A stretch of DNA of 64,000 nucleotides from Squalus acanthias (lineage: Eukaryota), in contig CM059431.1 in assembly GCA_030390025.1 (NCBI GenBank), forward strand, positions 108,192,001 to 108,256,000, read 5' to 3'. Position numbers and translations under genes: made by a program. The notes beneath the pieces are model-generated. The model worked only from the letters and a program-made list of their open reading frames with translations. It searched no databases and was not told the origin of the DNA. Position 1 is the first letter of the stretch, and each line of letters starts with the position of its first letter. Positions 1 to 11,861 of this stretch are shown here, piece by piece.

Positions 1-1100
1 GATGTTAGGCTAACTGGTCTATAGTTTCCTGCTTTCTGTCTCTCTCCTTTCTTAAATAGGAGTGTTACATTTGCAGTTTTCCAATCCGCTGGGACCTCTC
101 CAGAGTCCAGGGAATTTTGTTATATTGCAACCAATGCATCCACTGTCTCTGCAGCCACTTCTTTTAAGACCCTGGGATGCACGCCATCTGGTTCAGGGGA
201 CTTGTCGTCTTTTAGTCCCATTATTTTACCAAGTACTATTTCCTTAGTGACAGTGATTGTCTTTAGTTCCCCCCTCCTTGTGGCCCCTTGATTATCCATT
301 ATTGGGATGTTGTTAGTGTCTTCTACCATGAAGACAGATACAAAATATTTGTTCAGAGTCTCTGCCATTTCCCCGTTCTCCATTATTAATTCCCCAGTCT
401 CATCCTCTAAGGGACCAATGTTTACTTTAGCTACCCTCTTCCTTTTTATATACCTGTAGAAGCTCTTACTATCTGTTTTAATGTTTCTTGCCAGCCTACT
501 CTCATAATTCATCTTCTCTCTCTTTATTTTTTTTTGGTCTCCCACCAATCTTGGCAACATTGTATGCCTTCATTTTCAATTTGATACCATCCTTTACTTC
601 CTCAGTTAGCCACAGATGGTGTTCCCTTCTCTTAAAATCTTTCTTTCTCACTGGAATATATTTTTGTTGAGAGTTATGAAATATCTCCTTAAATGTCCGC
701 CACTGCATTTCAACTGTCTTACCCTTTAATTTATTTTTGCAGTTCACTTTAGCCAGTTCTGCCCTCATGCCATTGTAATTGCCTTTGTTTAAGATCAGGA
801 CACTGGTTTGAGATACAATCTTCTCACGCTCCAACTGAATTTGAAATTCAACCATGCTATGATCATTCTTTCCTAGATGATCCTTTACTAGGAGATCATT
901 TATTAATTCTGTCTCATTACACAGTACCAGATCCAGGATAGCCTGCTCCCTGGTTGGTTCCATTATATACTGTTCTAGGAAACCATCCCGGATGCACTCT
1001 ATGAACTCTTCCTCAAGGCTACCATGGCCAATTTGATTTGTCCAATCAATATGCAGATTAAAATCACCCATGATTATTACCGTACCTTTTTTACAGCTGT
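1..1100 (-). mobile_element. CR1-clade LINE ORF2 fragment (endonuclease C-terminal half into RT-proximal region), frameshifted
   Basis: ORFs 502..1341 and 120..560 contain IIMGDFNLHIDW, EPTREQAILDLVL, LGKNDHSMVEF and KSPEPDGVHPRVLKE, typical CR1 ORF2 motifs. Runs off the window start. Confidence 0.95.
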
Positions 1101-2074
1101 ACAACCTGGATACCACATGATGTGCCAGGTTGGCACCACCCCACCTCACACCAACACCATAAAGCATCCCTACAATGCCCAAGCCATTCCTTTCACACTC
1201 ATCACCATTACTGGGGGCGGGGGGGGAACCCTTATGTCTCTCACAAATCTGTCCAAGAATGCAAAGTGCTAAAAATAAAGGTTTCAATGTTTGACAGAAC
1301 ATTACCAGAAACTTCACATGAACATTGGCTAAACCACCCAAGTGCCTACCCTTGTGTGTTGTTAGTTGGTATGCTTGCAGTAGGATGAGGGTGACTGAGA
1401 GGAGTGACTAGTGAGATGGGGAAGTGATAATGTAGACAGAGAGGGATGGGTGGAGGTGCAAGGTAAGTTGGTGTAAAGATGTGCAGGAGTAGGGTAGGGA
1501 AGACAGAGTGATGGAGATGTGAAGAGTGGCACAGCAGGATGAGGTGGAGTGTGACTTGGCAGTAACGTTTTGTGATCTACTGAGATCATTGAACGGTTTG
1601 CACCACTGCAACCTGGTCCTCCTGATGACATCCCTGCTTGTGCCCTCCTGTGCAATGTGCAACCAGGCTGCGTTGGTGTCCTGGGGAGGTCTCATCTGCC
1701 CATGGGAAGGGAAGAGAACCTCCCTGTGTGCTGTAAGCATATGGAGGGAGTCATGGGAGAGCCTGGGTGCAGCCATGCACCTCTGTGCAGTGCTCATCAG
1801 TGTTAGCAGCACCTCAATGCTGTAGAACAGACAGCAGAACTGTCAAAATCAATTTGGACATGGCCCCTTTAAGGAAAATCGGCTGATGACGCATCATCAA
1901 ATGATATCATCAGATCTGCTTCCTTTTAATTGGCCGGGAACCTGGCTGGTGGGCTTAACAAGCCCTCTTAACTTAAAATCACTTGGAGAGTGCGGGCCGG
2001 AGCAGGCAGCGGGCTAGGACCGCGACACCGACTCCGGCCGCCCTGGACCCACCTCGGTCGGCGAAATCGCGGCC
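1100..2074 (-). mobile_element. PIF/Harbinger-type DNA transposon remnant with Myb/SANT-like DNA-binding domain
   Basis: ORF 1408..1812 reads APRLSHDSL..HREVLFPSHGQMRPPQDTNAAWLHIAQE..RRTRLQWCKPFNDLSRS, matching the Harbinger Myb/SANT pattern. GC-rich terminus ends ...GAAATCGCGGCC at 2074. Shares internal motifs (GCACCTCAATGCTGT, CCTTTAAG..GATGA.GC.TCATCA, TTAATTGGC) with the element at 10448-11352. Confidence 0.8.
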
Positions 2075-2284
2075 TTAGTTTTACCTCCCCTTTCCATGCT
2101 AGATTTTACATCCTCCGTATTTTAGATTGCTCTTATAGATAAGTCCCAATTACCTATGACTTTGAGAGTATCCTCACTTAGCTTAATATCTAGGTTATCT
2201 TTTGGCAATGTGCCATGGATAATGAACAGACATGTTTTAGCTACTGGAATGAATGGTGCCTCCACAGGATTCTTTTTGTGTCTT

Positions 2285-3152
2285 TGATAAGCAGTCAAGT
2301 ACCACAAGATCAGACTTGGTATTAGGCTTAAACTATCAAATACATTTATTCAACAAAAGATGAACAAGAGAGTAAATAACAGTATTATTTACAATAGGAA
2401 TTGCACTTTCTAGCTCCTCAAAAGGAAACTAAAAGGTTGCAAAGCCTATATAAATTACATTTTTATCTACAGTGATTGTTTTCTTTGTTTTCTTTTTTTT
2501 TCCGGATTGAGTATTGACACTACTGTGTCAGCCAACGAGTTGGATGTGGGGGGCAGGATTTATAGCAAACAGAGTCTGTTTTACAGCTGGGTCTATTTAA
2601 ACAGAACCTCTATATATTACAGCAAACAAAATCTATATACAAAGCAAACAGAGTCTATTTAAGCAGAGTCAGCACAAACTACAGCAACCAGAACTCATGA
2701 CAGCAACTACAGCAAAGTCTCCCGATAAAAGCAGGATTATTTCTCCAGCAAAATGCAGTGAGTGGAGGATAGTTACATAATACAAAATTATGTGAGTAAA
2801 ATCAATCTCAGTCACTTACAGAATTGTGGTCTCCAGGTGTGATCTGACCACGGAATTACCCAATCAGCTCCATTCTGGCCGGGAATAGTGGTGTCACTAT
2901 ACGCAGTGATATTTCTCACCACTGCATGGAACTAAACTAACCCATCTAAACCCTTCAACATTCCAACCAGATTCACTCAACTCAATTCCACTCAATTCAG
3001 TTCCATGCAGACACATATAATCGCCCAAAAGTTGTGGATTTGAGTAACTGACAGCCGAATTCAAAAATAACTGTCTGCCGTATACATAACTGAAGAAATT
3101 ACATAATACATGGTTTCAATGAATGTGGCTAAGCTCTAAGCTCCTCCCCTCA
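2285..3152 (-). mobile_element. possible LTR-like sequence, ends unresolved
   Basis: Minus strand has TATAAA (~2559-2564) upstream of AATAAA (~2345-2350) and ends ...CTGCTTATCA at 2285. Degenerate AGCAAACAGAGTCT repeats at 2563-2720. No matching TSD found. Confidence 0.25.
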
Positions 3153-3939
3153 AGCCAACAGTTCAAAATCCAGATCGAAGCACCCTGGCGATATTTGTCC
3201 TGATCCTAGCGGTAAAATGGAATTAAATTGCTGCCGGTTTTTAAATGCTTTGTGTGTGCCTGGATTGAAAAGGGCATCCACTGAGCCAAAACTAGACAAT
3301 ATACACTTCAGATTTGTCATACACTCCTCTTGCAATCTCAAGTTCAAAAACCTCCTTAATACTCGGCCACTTTTTTTATTTTACTCGCCTCCTCTGAATC
3401 TTCCCCCTACAGCTCAGTGCCCATTACCCCTCCGTGAAACATCTTGGGATGTTAAAGGATCTATATACATGCAAGTTGCAGTGAAGTTAAGTGACATAAA
3501 CTGAAGATAGGATGGGAATGTGAACTAGAAAACTGGACAGATCATGAGACAAATTTAACCGTAAACTTTAATCCAGCCCAGTGTTGCTGTAATACAACAT
3601 TATATCATTAGTATGGGTACGCAAACAAATTTATCCTAACAGAAGTTTCTAAATTCATAATCATGTAGATAATAGCCTAAAAGCCTGTTACATTTATTAC
3701 ATATTGCACCGAGAAGCAAAATTATCATTATGCTTGCAATATCTAAGTTGCCCCAAGGTCTTATAATTCTTTGATAATATAGTTTAATGTTTTCCAACAC
3801 ATCCTGTGCCAACATTTTATATGAATCATAAACAAGAAGTGCATAATATGTTTAAAAATTTATCATGTTTGAATGGAGACCATTTTCGACTATTTCAGCA
3901 GCAAAGCAATGACTACTCTGACCAATTACACGCTTGTGG

Positions 3940-5950
3940 TACCAAGGCTGCTCTGTTAATATTTTATTAAAGTTGAAAATAAGAGAGTCCAACATCCTTG
4001 AGTCAGGGAAGTACAAAGCAAAGGTTAAATAAACTACTGAACTCTACCAGAAAGCAAAATCTCTTCACAAGAACATTAATAGATCAGCCATTCTGTGGAT
4101 CACAAGCAGCCATGGACTTTGGCTCACCCATTAATCTGCTGAGGTAATGTTCTTCACAAATACTGCCTTATCCCTGAAGATGGTCAAGGAAATGTTCCAG
4201 ATTTTCTTATCCCCGCATCTCGTCCCTGCTTTCTGCATAAGCAACAATCCCTCCACCCCAGCCCCCATCACCACAGGAACCATTGTCCACCATTTAACTC
4301 TCTCGGTTTATACTCAACCTTACAACCTCTATCACATTCCTAACCAGATATTTATCCAGCTGCATTCATTTGTCTTCACGTGACTTTCACAGAATGAATC
4401 ACTGCCTCTGGATTGGAGCTTCCCAAGGACAGATCACTATATGTGACCCAGTAATGCGCGTCACAGAAAAAGTTTTAAGGTGACCTATTCTGAAGAGTTG
4501 CATGTATTAAACATATGACAGGAATTGATTATGCAGACAGGAACCTAAATAAGAGCGATTCCAGCAGAGAGGGTGACTCAAGCTGCAATAAAACAATCTG
4601 ACAGTAACATATAAACTGAATATTCAGTATGTATAAAGCTGCTGAATGAATAAGCAAGTTGAAGCATTAGATATGCATTTTATCTGCGGCTACACACCAC
4701 AATTAACTATCTGATTTTGTTTGACACTAATATGATATTCAAGGAAGATGTGGAATTTATGTATGATTTCAGCCATGAGTGACATTTACATATTAAAAAA
4801 CTGACAAAATGTGTTCGACACTATCCAGACTGAATCATCTGACTTTTATCATGAAGCTATTGAAAATAATTGTTAAATAAACAATTCATTTGTATCCTGC
4901 TGATATGAAATTATCAACTCTGAATGTAACAATAGGTGACTGACAGTGGGTAACCAGGTGTCGGGCTACTTACAAGAGTTTTATTAATTCCCCATGTTCT
5001 ACATATATCCTGTCAATATGGAATGCTATTTTTTTTCTAAAACCAGGTGCATCTGCTGGGAAGGAATATTACATTGACAGAAATATTCATTTTGGTAGAA
5101 GCTGCTCGTACTTTGAGCATCTCGAAACAAACATGAACAACAGAGAAACACAGTCACGGCAAGGAGGCAGACAGTGGATTTGGGAATTAGCATGCGAGAG
5201 AAGTTCCCCTAAATCACACATGTTGAGGAAGGCTTTGGAGAGGACAACTAATCTTGGTGCAAAATCCTTTGAACCCACACGGTGAACCCATCAGGCTGTT
5301 CTACATATCAGGAATGGATGCACCTGACTGGTTAGGCTTCAAGATCTACTCTCATATATTCAACTGAGTAACTGAATATCACTTTGGATGTAACAAAAGC
5401 TATGGGTGTATGGCTATAATCTTAATTCATGCCCATGGGGGGGATCTTTTTAAAGGTCACGGAAAGACTTTCAATCGTCATCATCTTCAAAGTACTGATG
5501 TGCAATTTGCACTCCACTGGAAACTATGTCCTTCTGAATATACGCTACTTTACCATTACCCCACGGCTTGATTTGATTTGTGACTTTCTCCAAAGACACC
5601 TCAGTTCTCAACGAGGTAATTGACTTCTGAAAACTACAAGTATTAATCAAAGAACAATTGCTAGCTTGAGCTCTAGAGAACTTTTAATGAGCTAGTTTTA
5701 CTGTGTGAAACTCCTGGTGATTTTAGTTGGAAACAATGAGATTCTGTACCTCAAGCCTTTCATCAATTACAGGATTTCAAGGGACAGGATAAGAGAAAAA
5801 GATCAATTTCAATGCATTCAGGGAAGCCCAATAGCTCAAATAGCTGAGGACTCAATTTCAAACAGAAGTTTGAGTCTTAAGATTTACTAACAATCGTATA
5901 TTGCCTCAATCTTTTGTCAATTGCAAGGTCTGTAATAATATAGATCGTGC
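3940..5950 (+). pseudogene. highly eroded DIRS-type (tyrosine-recombinase retrotransposon) pol fossil: RT, RNase H, methyltransferase-like region, YR N-terminus
   Basis: Colinear degenerate motifs by eye: ALSLK..FQIF (ALDLKDAYFHI), QIFIQLHSFVF (IFPYLDDWLI), GLELPKDRSLYVTQ, VTDSG (TTDAS), TTNLGAK (NLGAD), FMPMGGIFLKV (FPP..VL.K), SVPQAFHQLQDFKGQD (SVPQILDFLQ..LDQG), RSISMH (SSIKVH). Many stops and frameshifts. Confidence 0.5.
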
Positions 5951-6004
5951 TGAATAAGATTAGCTAGCTTTTTGTGGAAAAGTGAATATAATGTTAACTG
6001 ATCC

Positions 6005-6175
6005 TTTTTTTATTTGTTCTCAGTATGTCAGTGTCGCTGGCAAGGCTGGCATTTATTGGCCATACCTAATTGCCCTGCAAAGGTGATGGTGGGCCTTCTT
6101 CCTTAACCACTGACAGTGATTAATACAACTGAGTGGCTCACTAAGCAGTTAAGAGTGAACCATGTTGGTATGCAA
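6005..6175 (-). mobile_element. 3' part of a bipartite SINE (LINE 5' head joined to LINE 3' tail)
   Basis: 6005-6110 matches the 3' tail of the adjacent LINE (compare 6185-6290). 6126-6170 (CAACTGAGTGGCT..CAGTTAAGAGTGAACCA) matches the LINE head at 9127-9180. Confidence 0.75.
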
Positions 6176-6177
6176 GT

Positions 6178-9100
6178 TTTTTATCTTCGTTCCAGGATGT
6201 GGGTGTCCTTGGCAAGACCAGCATTTATTGCCCAACCCTCATTGCCCTTGAGAAGGTGGTTGTGAGCCTCCGCCTTGAACCGCTGCAGTCCGTGTGGTGA
6301 AGGTACTTCCCACGGTGCTGTAAGGGAGGGAGTTCCAGGATTTTGACCCAGCGACGATGAAGGAGCGGCGATATAATTCCAAGTCAGCATGATGTGTAAC
6401 TTGGAGGGAAACTTGCAGGTGGTGGTGTTCCCATACACCTGCTGCCCTTGTCCTTCTAGGTGGTAGAAGTCGCGGGTTTGTGAGGCGCTGCTGAAGAAGC
6501 CTTGGCAAGTTGCTGCAGTGTATCTTGTAGATGGTACACACTGCAGCCATGGTGCGCCGGTGGTGGAGGGAGTGAATGTTTAAGGTGGTGGATGGGTTGC
6601 CAATCAAGCGGGCTGCTTTGTCTTAGCTGGTGTCGAGCTTCTTGAGTGTTGCTGGAGCTGCACTCATCCATGCAAGTGGAGAGTATTCCATCACACTGCT
6701 GACTTGTGCCTTGTAGATGGTGGAAAGGCTTTGGGGAGTCAGGAGGTGAGACACTCGCTGCAGAATACCCACCCTCTGACCTGCTCCTGTTTGCACAGTA
6801 TTTATGTGGCTGGTCCAGTTAAGTTTCTGGTCAATGGTGACCCCCCCAGGATGTTGATGGTGGGGGATTCGGCAATGGTCATGCCATTGAATGTCAAGGG
6901 GAAGTGGTTAGACTCTCACTTTTTGGAGATAGTCATTGCCTGGCACTTGTGTAGCGCGAATGTTACTTGCCACTTATCAGCCCAAGCCTGAATGTCATCC
7001 AGGTCTTGCTGCATGCGGGCATGGACTGCTTCATTTTCTGAGGTGTTACAAATGGAACTGAACACTGTGCAATCATCAGCAAACATCCTCACTTCTGATC
7101 TTATGATGGAGGGAAGGTCATTGATGAAGCAGCTGAAGATGGTTGGGCCTAGGACATTGCCCTGAGGAACTCCTGCAGCGATGTCCTGGGGCTGAGATGA
7201 TTGACCTCCAACAACCACAACCATCTTCCTTTGTGCAAGGTGTGACTCCAGCCAGTGGAGCGTTTTCCCCCCCGATTCCCATTGACTTCAGTTTTACTAG
7301 GGCTCCTTGAAGCCACACTCGGTCAAATGCTGCCTTGATGTCAAGGGCAGTCACTCTTACCTCACCGCTGGAATTCAGCTCTTCTGTCCATGTTTGGACC
7401 AAGGCTGTAATGAGGTCAGGAGCCGAGTGGTCTTGGCGGAACCCAAACTGAGCATCGGTGAGCAGGTGAGTCAGTGCCGCTTGATAGCACTGTCGATGAC
7501 ACCTTCCATCACTTTGCTGATGATTGAGAGTAGACTGATGGGGCAGTAATTGGCCAGATTGGATTTGTCCTGCTTTTTGTGGACAGGACATACCTGGGCA
7601 GTTTTCCACATTGCCGGGTAGATGCCAGTGTTGTAGCTGTACTGGAACAACTTGGCTAGAGGCGCGGCTAGTTCTGGAGCACAAGTCTTCAGCACAACAG
7701 CTGGGATGTTGTCGGGGCCCATAGCCTTTGCTGTATTCAGTACGCTCAGCCATTTCTTGATATCACGTGGAGTGAGTTGAATTGGCTGAAGACTGGCTTC
7801 TCTGCTGGTGGGGACCTCAGGAGGAGGCTGATATGGTTCATCCACTCGGCACTTCTGGCTGAAGATGGTTGCAAATGCTGCTGCCTTGTCTTTTGCACTC
7901 ACATGCTGGGCTCCAGCATCATTGAGGATGGGAATATTCCTGGAGCCTCTTCCTCCGGTTAGTTGTTTAATTGTCCACCACCATTTACGACTGGATGTGG
8001 AGGGGCTGCAGAGCTTTGATCTGATCCGTTGGTTGTGGGATCGCTTAGCCCGGTCTATAGCATGCTGCTTCCACTGTTTAGCATGCATGTAGTCCTGTGT
8101 TGCAGCTTCCCCAGGTTGGCACCTCATTTTTAGCTACACCTCAAGTCAATGTTGGTGCAGCTCATGGCATGCTCTTCTACACTCCTTATTGAATCAGGGT
8201 TGGTCCCCTGGCTTGATGGTAACGGTAGAGTGCGGGATATGCCGGGCCATGAGGTTACAGATTGTGATGTAATATAATTCTGCTGCTGCTGGCCCACAGC
8301 ACTTCATGGATGCCCAGTTTGAGCTGCTAGATCTGTTCTGAATCTATCCCATTTAGCACAGTGGTATTGCTGCACAACACGATGGAGGGTGTCCTCAGTG
8401 TGAAGATGGAACTTTGTCTCAACAAGGACTGTGCGTTGGTCACGGTTACCAATGCTGTCATGGACAGATGCATCTGCGACAGGTAGATTGGTGAGGATGA
8501 GGTTAAGAAGGTTTCTCCTTGTGTTGGTTCTCTCACCACCTGCCTCAGGCCCAGTCTGGGAGCTATGTCCTTCAGGACTTGGCCAGCTCGGTCAGTAGTG
8601 GTGCTACCGAGCCACTCTTGGTGATGGATATTGAAGTCCCCGACCCAGAGTACATTCTGTGCCCTTGTACCCTCAGTGCTTCTTCCAAGTGGTGTTCAAC
8701 ATGGAGGAGTACCAATTCGTCAGCTGAGGGAGGGTGGTAATCAGCAGGAGGTTTCCTTGCCCGTGCTTGACCTGAAGCCATGAGACTTCATGGGGTCCGG
8801 AGTCAATGTTGGGGACTCTCATGTTGAGGTATACCACTGTCCCGTCACCTCTGGTGGGTCTGTCCTGGCGGTGGGGCAGGACGTACCCAGGGATGGTGAT
8901 GGAGGAGTCTGGGACATTACTTGAAAGGTATGATTCTGTGAGTATGACTATGTCAGGCTGTTGCTTGACTAGTCTGGGGGACAGCTCTCCCAATTTTGGC
9001 ATAAGTTCCCAGATGTTAGTGAGGAGGACTTTGCAGGGTCGACTGGGCTGGGTGTCGTGTCCGAAGCCGATGCCGGGTGGTCCGTCCGGTTTTATTCGGA

Positions 9101-9420
9101 TTATTGCTTCTTGTCGAGGTTGGTTGCAACTGAGTGGCTTGCTAGGCCATTTCAGAGGGCAGTTAAGAGTCAACCACATTGCTGTGGGTCTGGAGTCACA
9201 TATAGGCCAGACCAGGTAAGGACAGCAGATTTCCTTCCCGAAAGGACATTAGTGAACCAGATGGATTTCTACGAAAATCTGGCAGTTCCATGGTCACCAT
9301 TACTGATACTAGCTTTTTATTCCAGATTTATTTAATTAACTAAATTTAAATTCCCCATGGGATCTGAACTCATGTCTCTGGATTACTAGTCCAGTAACCT
9401 AACCACTATGCTACTGTTCT
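6178..9420 (-). mobile_element. near full-length non-LTR retrotransposon (APE endonuclease + RT, CR1/L2 group) with tRNA-like 5' head, decayed
   Basis: Endonuclease motifs VLLTNIW, PDIVILTESYL, ITIPGY..RQDR. RT motifs KAMGPDNIP, QFGFR, ALDIKAAFDRVW, GVPQGNVLGP, MFADDCT. 3' tail GGGCAATAAATGCTGG..CCCACATCC plus a short A tail. Box A at 9403-9413 and box B at 9360-9370. Several frameshifts. Confidence 0.93.
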
Positions 9421-9422
9421 CT

Positions 9423-10092
9423 GAAGTGAAGTCACATACAGGCCAGACCAGGTAATGATGGCAGGTTTCCTTCCCTTAAGGACATTAGTGAACCAGTTAG
9501 GGTTTTTTTGACAATAATCTGACAGTTTCATGGCCATGTTTGCAGATACCAGCTTCTTATATATTATTCATTTTTATTAGAATAAACTGAATTCAAATTC
9601 TCAAACTTCCATGATGGGATTTGAATCATAGAATCTTACAGCACAGAAGGAGGCCATTCGGCCCATCATGCTGTGCTGGCTCTTTGAAAGAGCTGTCCAA
9701 TTTAAACTCATATCCTAACTTTTTCCCCCCATAACCCAGCAAATTAGTCCTCTTCAAGTACATATCCAATTGCCTTTTGAAAGTTCCTTTGCAATCTGAT
9801 TCCACCACCCTTCCAGGTAGTGAGTTCCAGATCTTAACAACACTCTGTGTGAAGAAATTTCTTCTCATTTCCCCTCTAGTTTCTTTGCCAGTTATTAAGT
9901 CTGTGACCTCTGGTTACCGACCCACGTGCCAGAGGAAACATTTTCTTCCTACTTGCTCGATAAAATCCCTTCATAATTTAGAATAATAGGCCTCCCCTTA
10001 GCGTTCTGAGCTCTAAGGAGACTCATGTTCTCTGTTTTATTAGTTCAGGCCTCTGGATTACTAGTCCAATAACATAAGCACCACACTACCAT
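9423..10092 (-). mobile_element. 5' part of the bipartite tRNA-derived SINE, interrupted by CR1 at 9625-10020
   Basis: 9423-9624 is a diverged copy of 9190-9370. 10021-10092 carries the tRNA-like head (GGTAGTGTGGTG..TTGGACTAGTAATCCAGAGG on minus). Confidence 0.75.
9625..10020 (-). mobile_element. CR1 LINE 3' fragment
   Basis: RRNFFTQSVVKIWNSLP and a TTCTATGA tail. Confidence 0.9.
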
Positions 10093-10447
10093 ACATGATA
10101 AATCCTCCTTAAGTGGATTTACTCCGTCTGAAGCCGAATGATGACATGATATTAAAAATAATCCTGCTGGAGTACATATACTGATAAAGTTCTCACAGTT
10201 GGAGAAGAATTTCTGGGGGCAACTCCCGCACAAAGAAAAAGTAGAGGAGAACGGAGGGAAAGTAAAAGCAAAATATTTGTTTATTTAGCAAAAACCTCCA
10301 AGTTGTCAAAATGTAAAGGTTCAAGTTTGGTTGAGCTAAATATTAAACTCTGGGATAAAAGAACTCAAACTAGATTAACAATCACGCAAACATTCATCAT
10401 CGGCAAAAGCATAGATACCAATCATAGAAGATTTTTTTTTAAACTAT

Positions 10448-11352
10448 GGGCTGGATTTTACCAGCCCTGAGGAGGCGGGTCTGGAGACGGGACTGCTGGG
10501 AAAATCCCCCAAAAATGGGAGCGGGACCCAAACCCGCTCCCAACCTGCCTCCAACCAATCTTCCCGGGAGTCGGGTCCCCGATTTGCGCAGGGTCCTGAC
10601 TCCTAGAGGCGGGAAGAGGATTACAGTCACTTAACTGCCCTTTAACAGGTAGTTGACAGGCAGTTAAAGAGGCTTTATCCAATTTTTCAACTGCTGCTGC
10701 AGGCTTCCCAACATCGGAAAACCCCGCCAGTGTAAGTGAGGTGTGCTGTGGGTCTGTTGTTATGTTGGTGTTTGGATGACAGCTGCAGAAGTCGTTTAAA
10801 GGATTCAATGGGACACTGGTGAGTATCAGAGGTAAGGAAAAGTTATGAAAGTAATTTTTAATGTGGTTAGATGTTTCTGCAGGTGACAAGCTGTGAAGTG
10901 TGTGTGTAGGCTCATCTCATCGGGAGAAGTGACTGATGGCTTCTGCAATCTCAGCTGCAGCTGCCATCTGTTTTATCCTAAGGAGAGAGTAATTGGAGAG
11001 TCTGGGTGAAAGGGCTCACCTTTGGACAGTGATTGTCAGTGTTTGACAGCACCTCAATGCTGTCAAACACCGTCAAATCATCTGTCAAACAAATGTGGTG
11101 CATATGCCTTTAAGAAAACTGGCAGATGAAGCGTCATCATCTGACACCGGCTTTCCCTTAATTGGCTGGCAAGCCCGCAGGGCGGGCTTAACAAGGCCAA
11201 TCAGAAGAAAATGGCGTCAGCTCGTCAGATGTCGCTGGAGGCGGGACTGGAACCCAAAAACCAGCAGTCCTGCCTCGAACTCGGCCTCCCAAGTAAGATT
11301 CCGTCCTATATCCCAATGGAGTCAAGACCAGCTGGTAAATCTGCAATGGGCC
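10448..11352. mobile_element. non-autonomous Harbinger-like element (MITE)
   Basis: Left end GGGCTGGATTTTACCAGC; degenerate right end GCTGGTAAATCTGC..GGGCC. Internal motifs shared with 1800-1960. Confidence 0.6.
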
Positions 11353-11378
11353 AGATAAACATAGAAAGATAAAAATAC

Positions 11379-11503
11379 GGGGGGAGAACTTCCAAGGGGG
11401 AAGGGGTTGGTGGTGGGGGTCTCCTGATTGACTGCTGCAACTTTGGCAGAAAAGCCACGGATACCCCAGAAAATCAGTGTGAAACCCATGGAAATTCACC
11501 CTC
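11379..11503. mobile_element. short MITE
   Basis: Imperfect TIRs GGGGGAGAACTTCCA / TGGAAATTCACCCT. Confidence 0.5.
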
Positions 11504-11861
11504 ACAAATGTTTAAAGAGGCAGCTGCTTGCTTTCAGCTAAAAGAAAACAAGGTAAGAGGCTTGCGTTGAGTTTATAATTAGGATGACATGAAAGATTGT
11601 GCAGGGTTGGCTGCACTCAGTGCACTGCCCCCACAGCTTGAGTGCCGAAACATGATCATTTCTCCTTTGCTCTACTGTTCTGTCTATATGCGTTAGCATT
11701 GAATGAGGCTTTTTAATTCCTTAGGTATAATGGAGTTAGGTTCCTTCGGCTCACTATTTTTAGAAAATCATGAATGCATTCTTTATAAACATGTTTACTA
11801 TTTCATTGCAAATAGTGCATAGAAAAAATCTTCGCCGTAGCAATTTTTAGGCTTTTACATT

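Noticed and set aside
502..1341. 279 aa ORF as a host gene
   Set aside because: Chance read-through from Harbinger-derived sequence into a broken CR1 ORF2.
2563..2720. CRISPR-like repeat-spacer array
   Set aside because: Units are short, degenerate and irregularly spaced, the context is eukaryotic, and there are no cas genes.
9355..9416. tRNA-Thr gene
   Set aside because: Box A, box B and an anticodon-like arm are present, but I see no acceptor stem, and it continues into retroelement sequence. It is a TE head.
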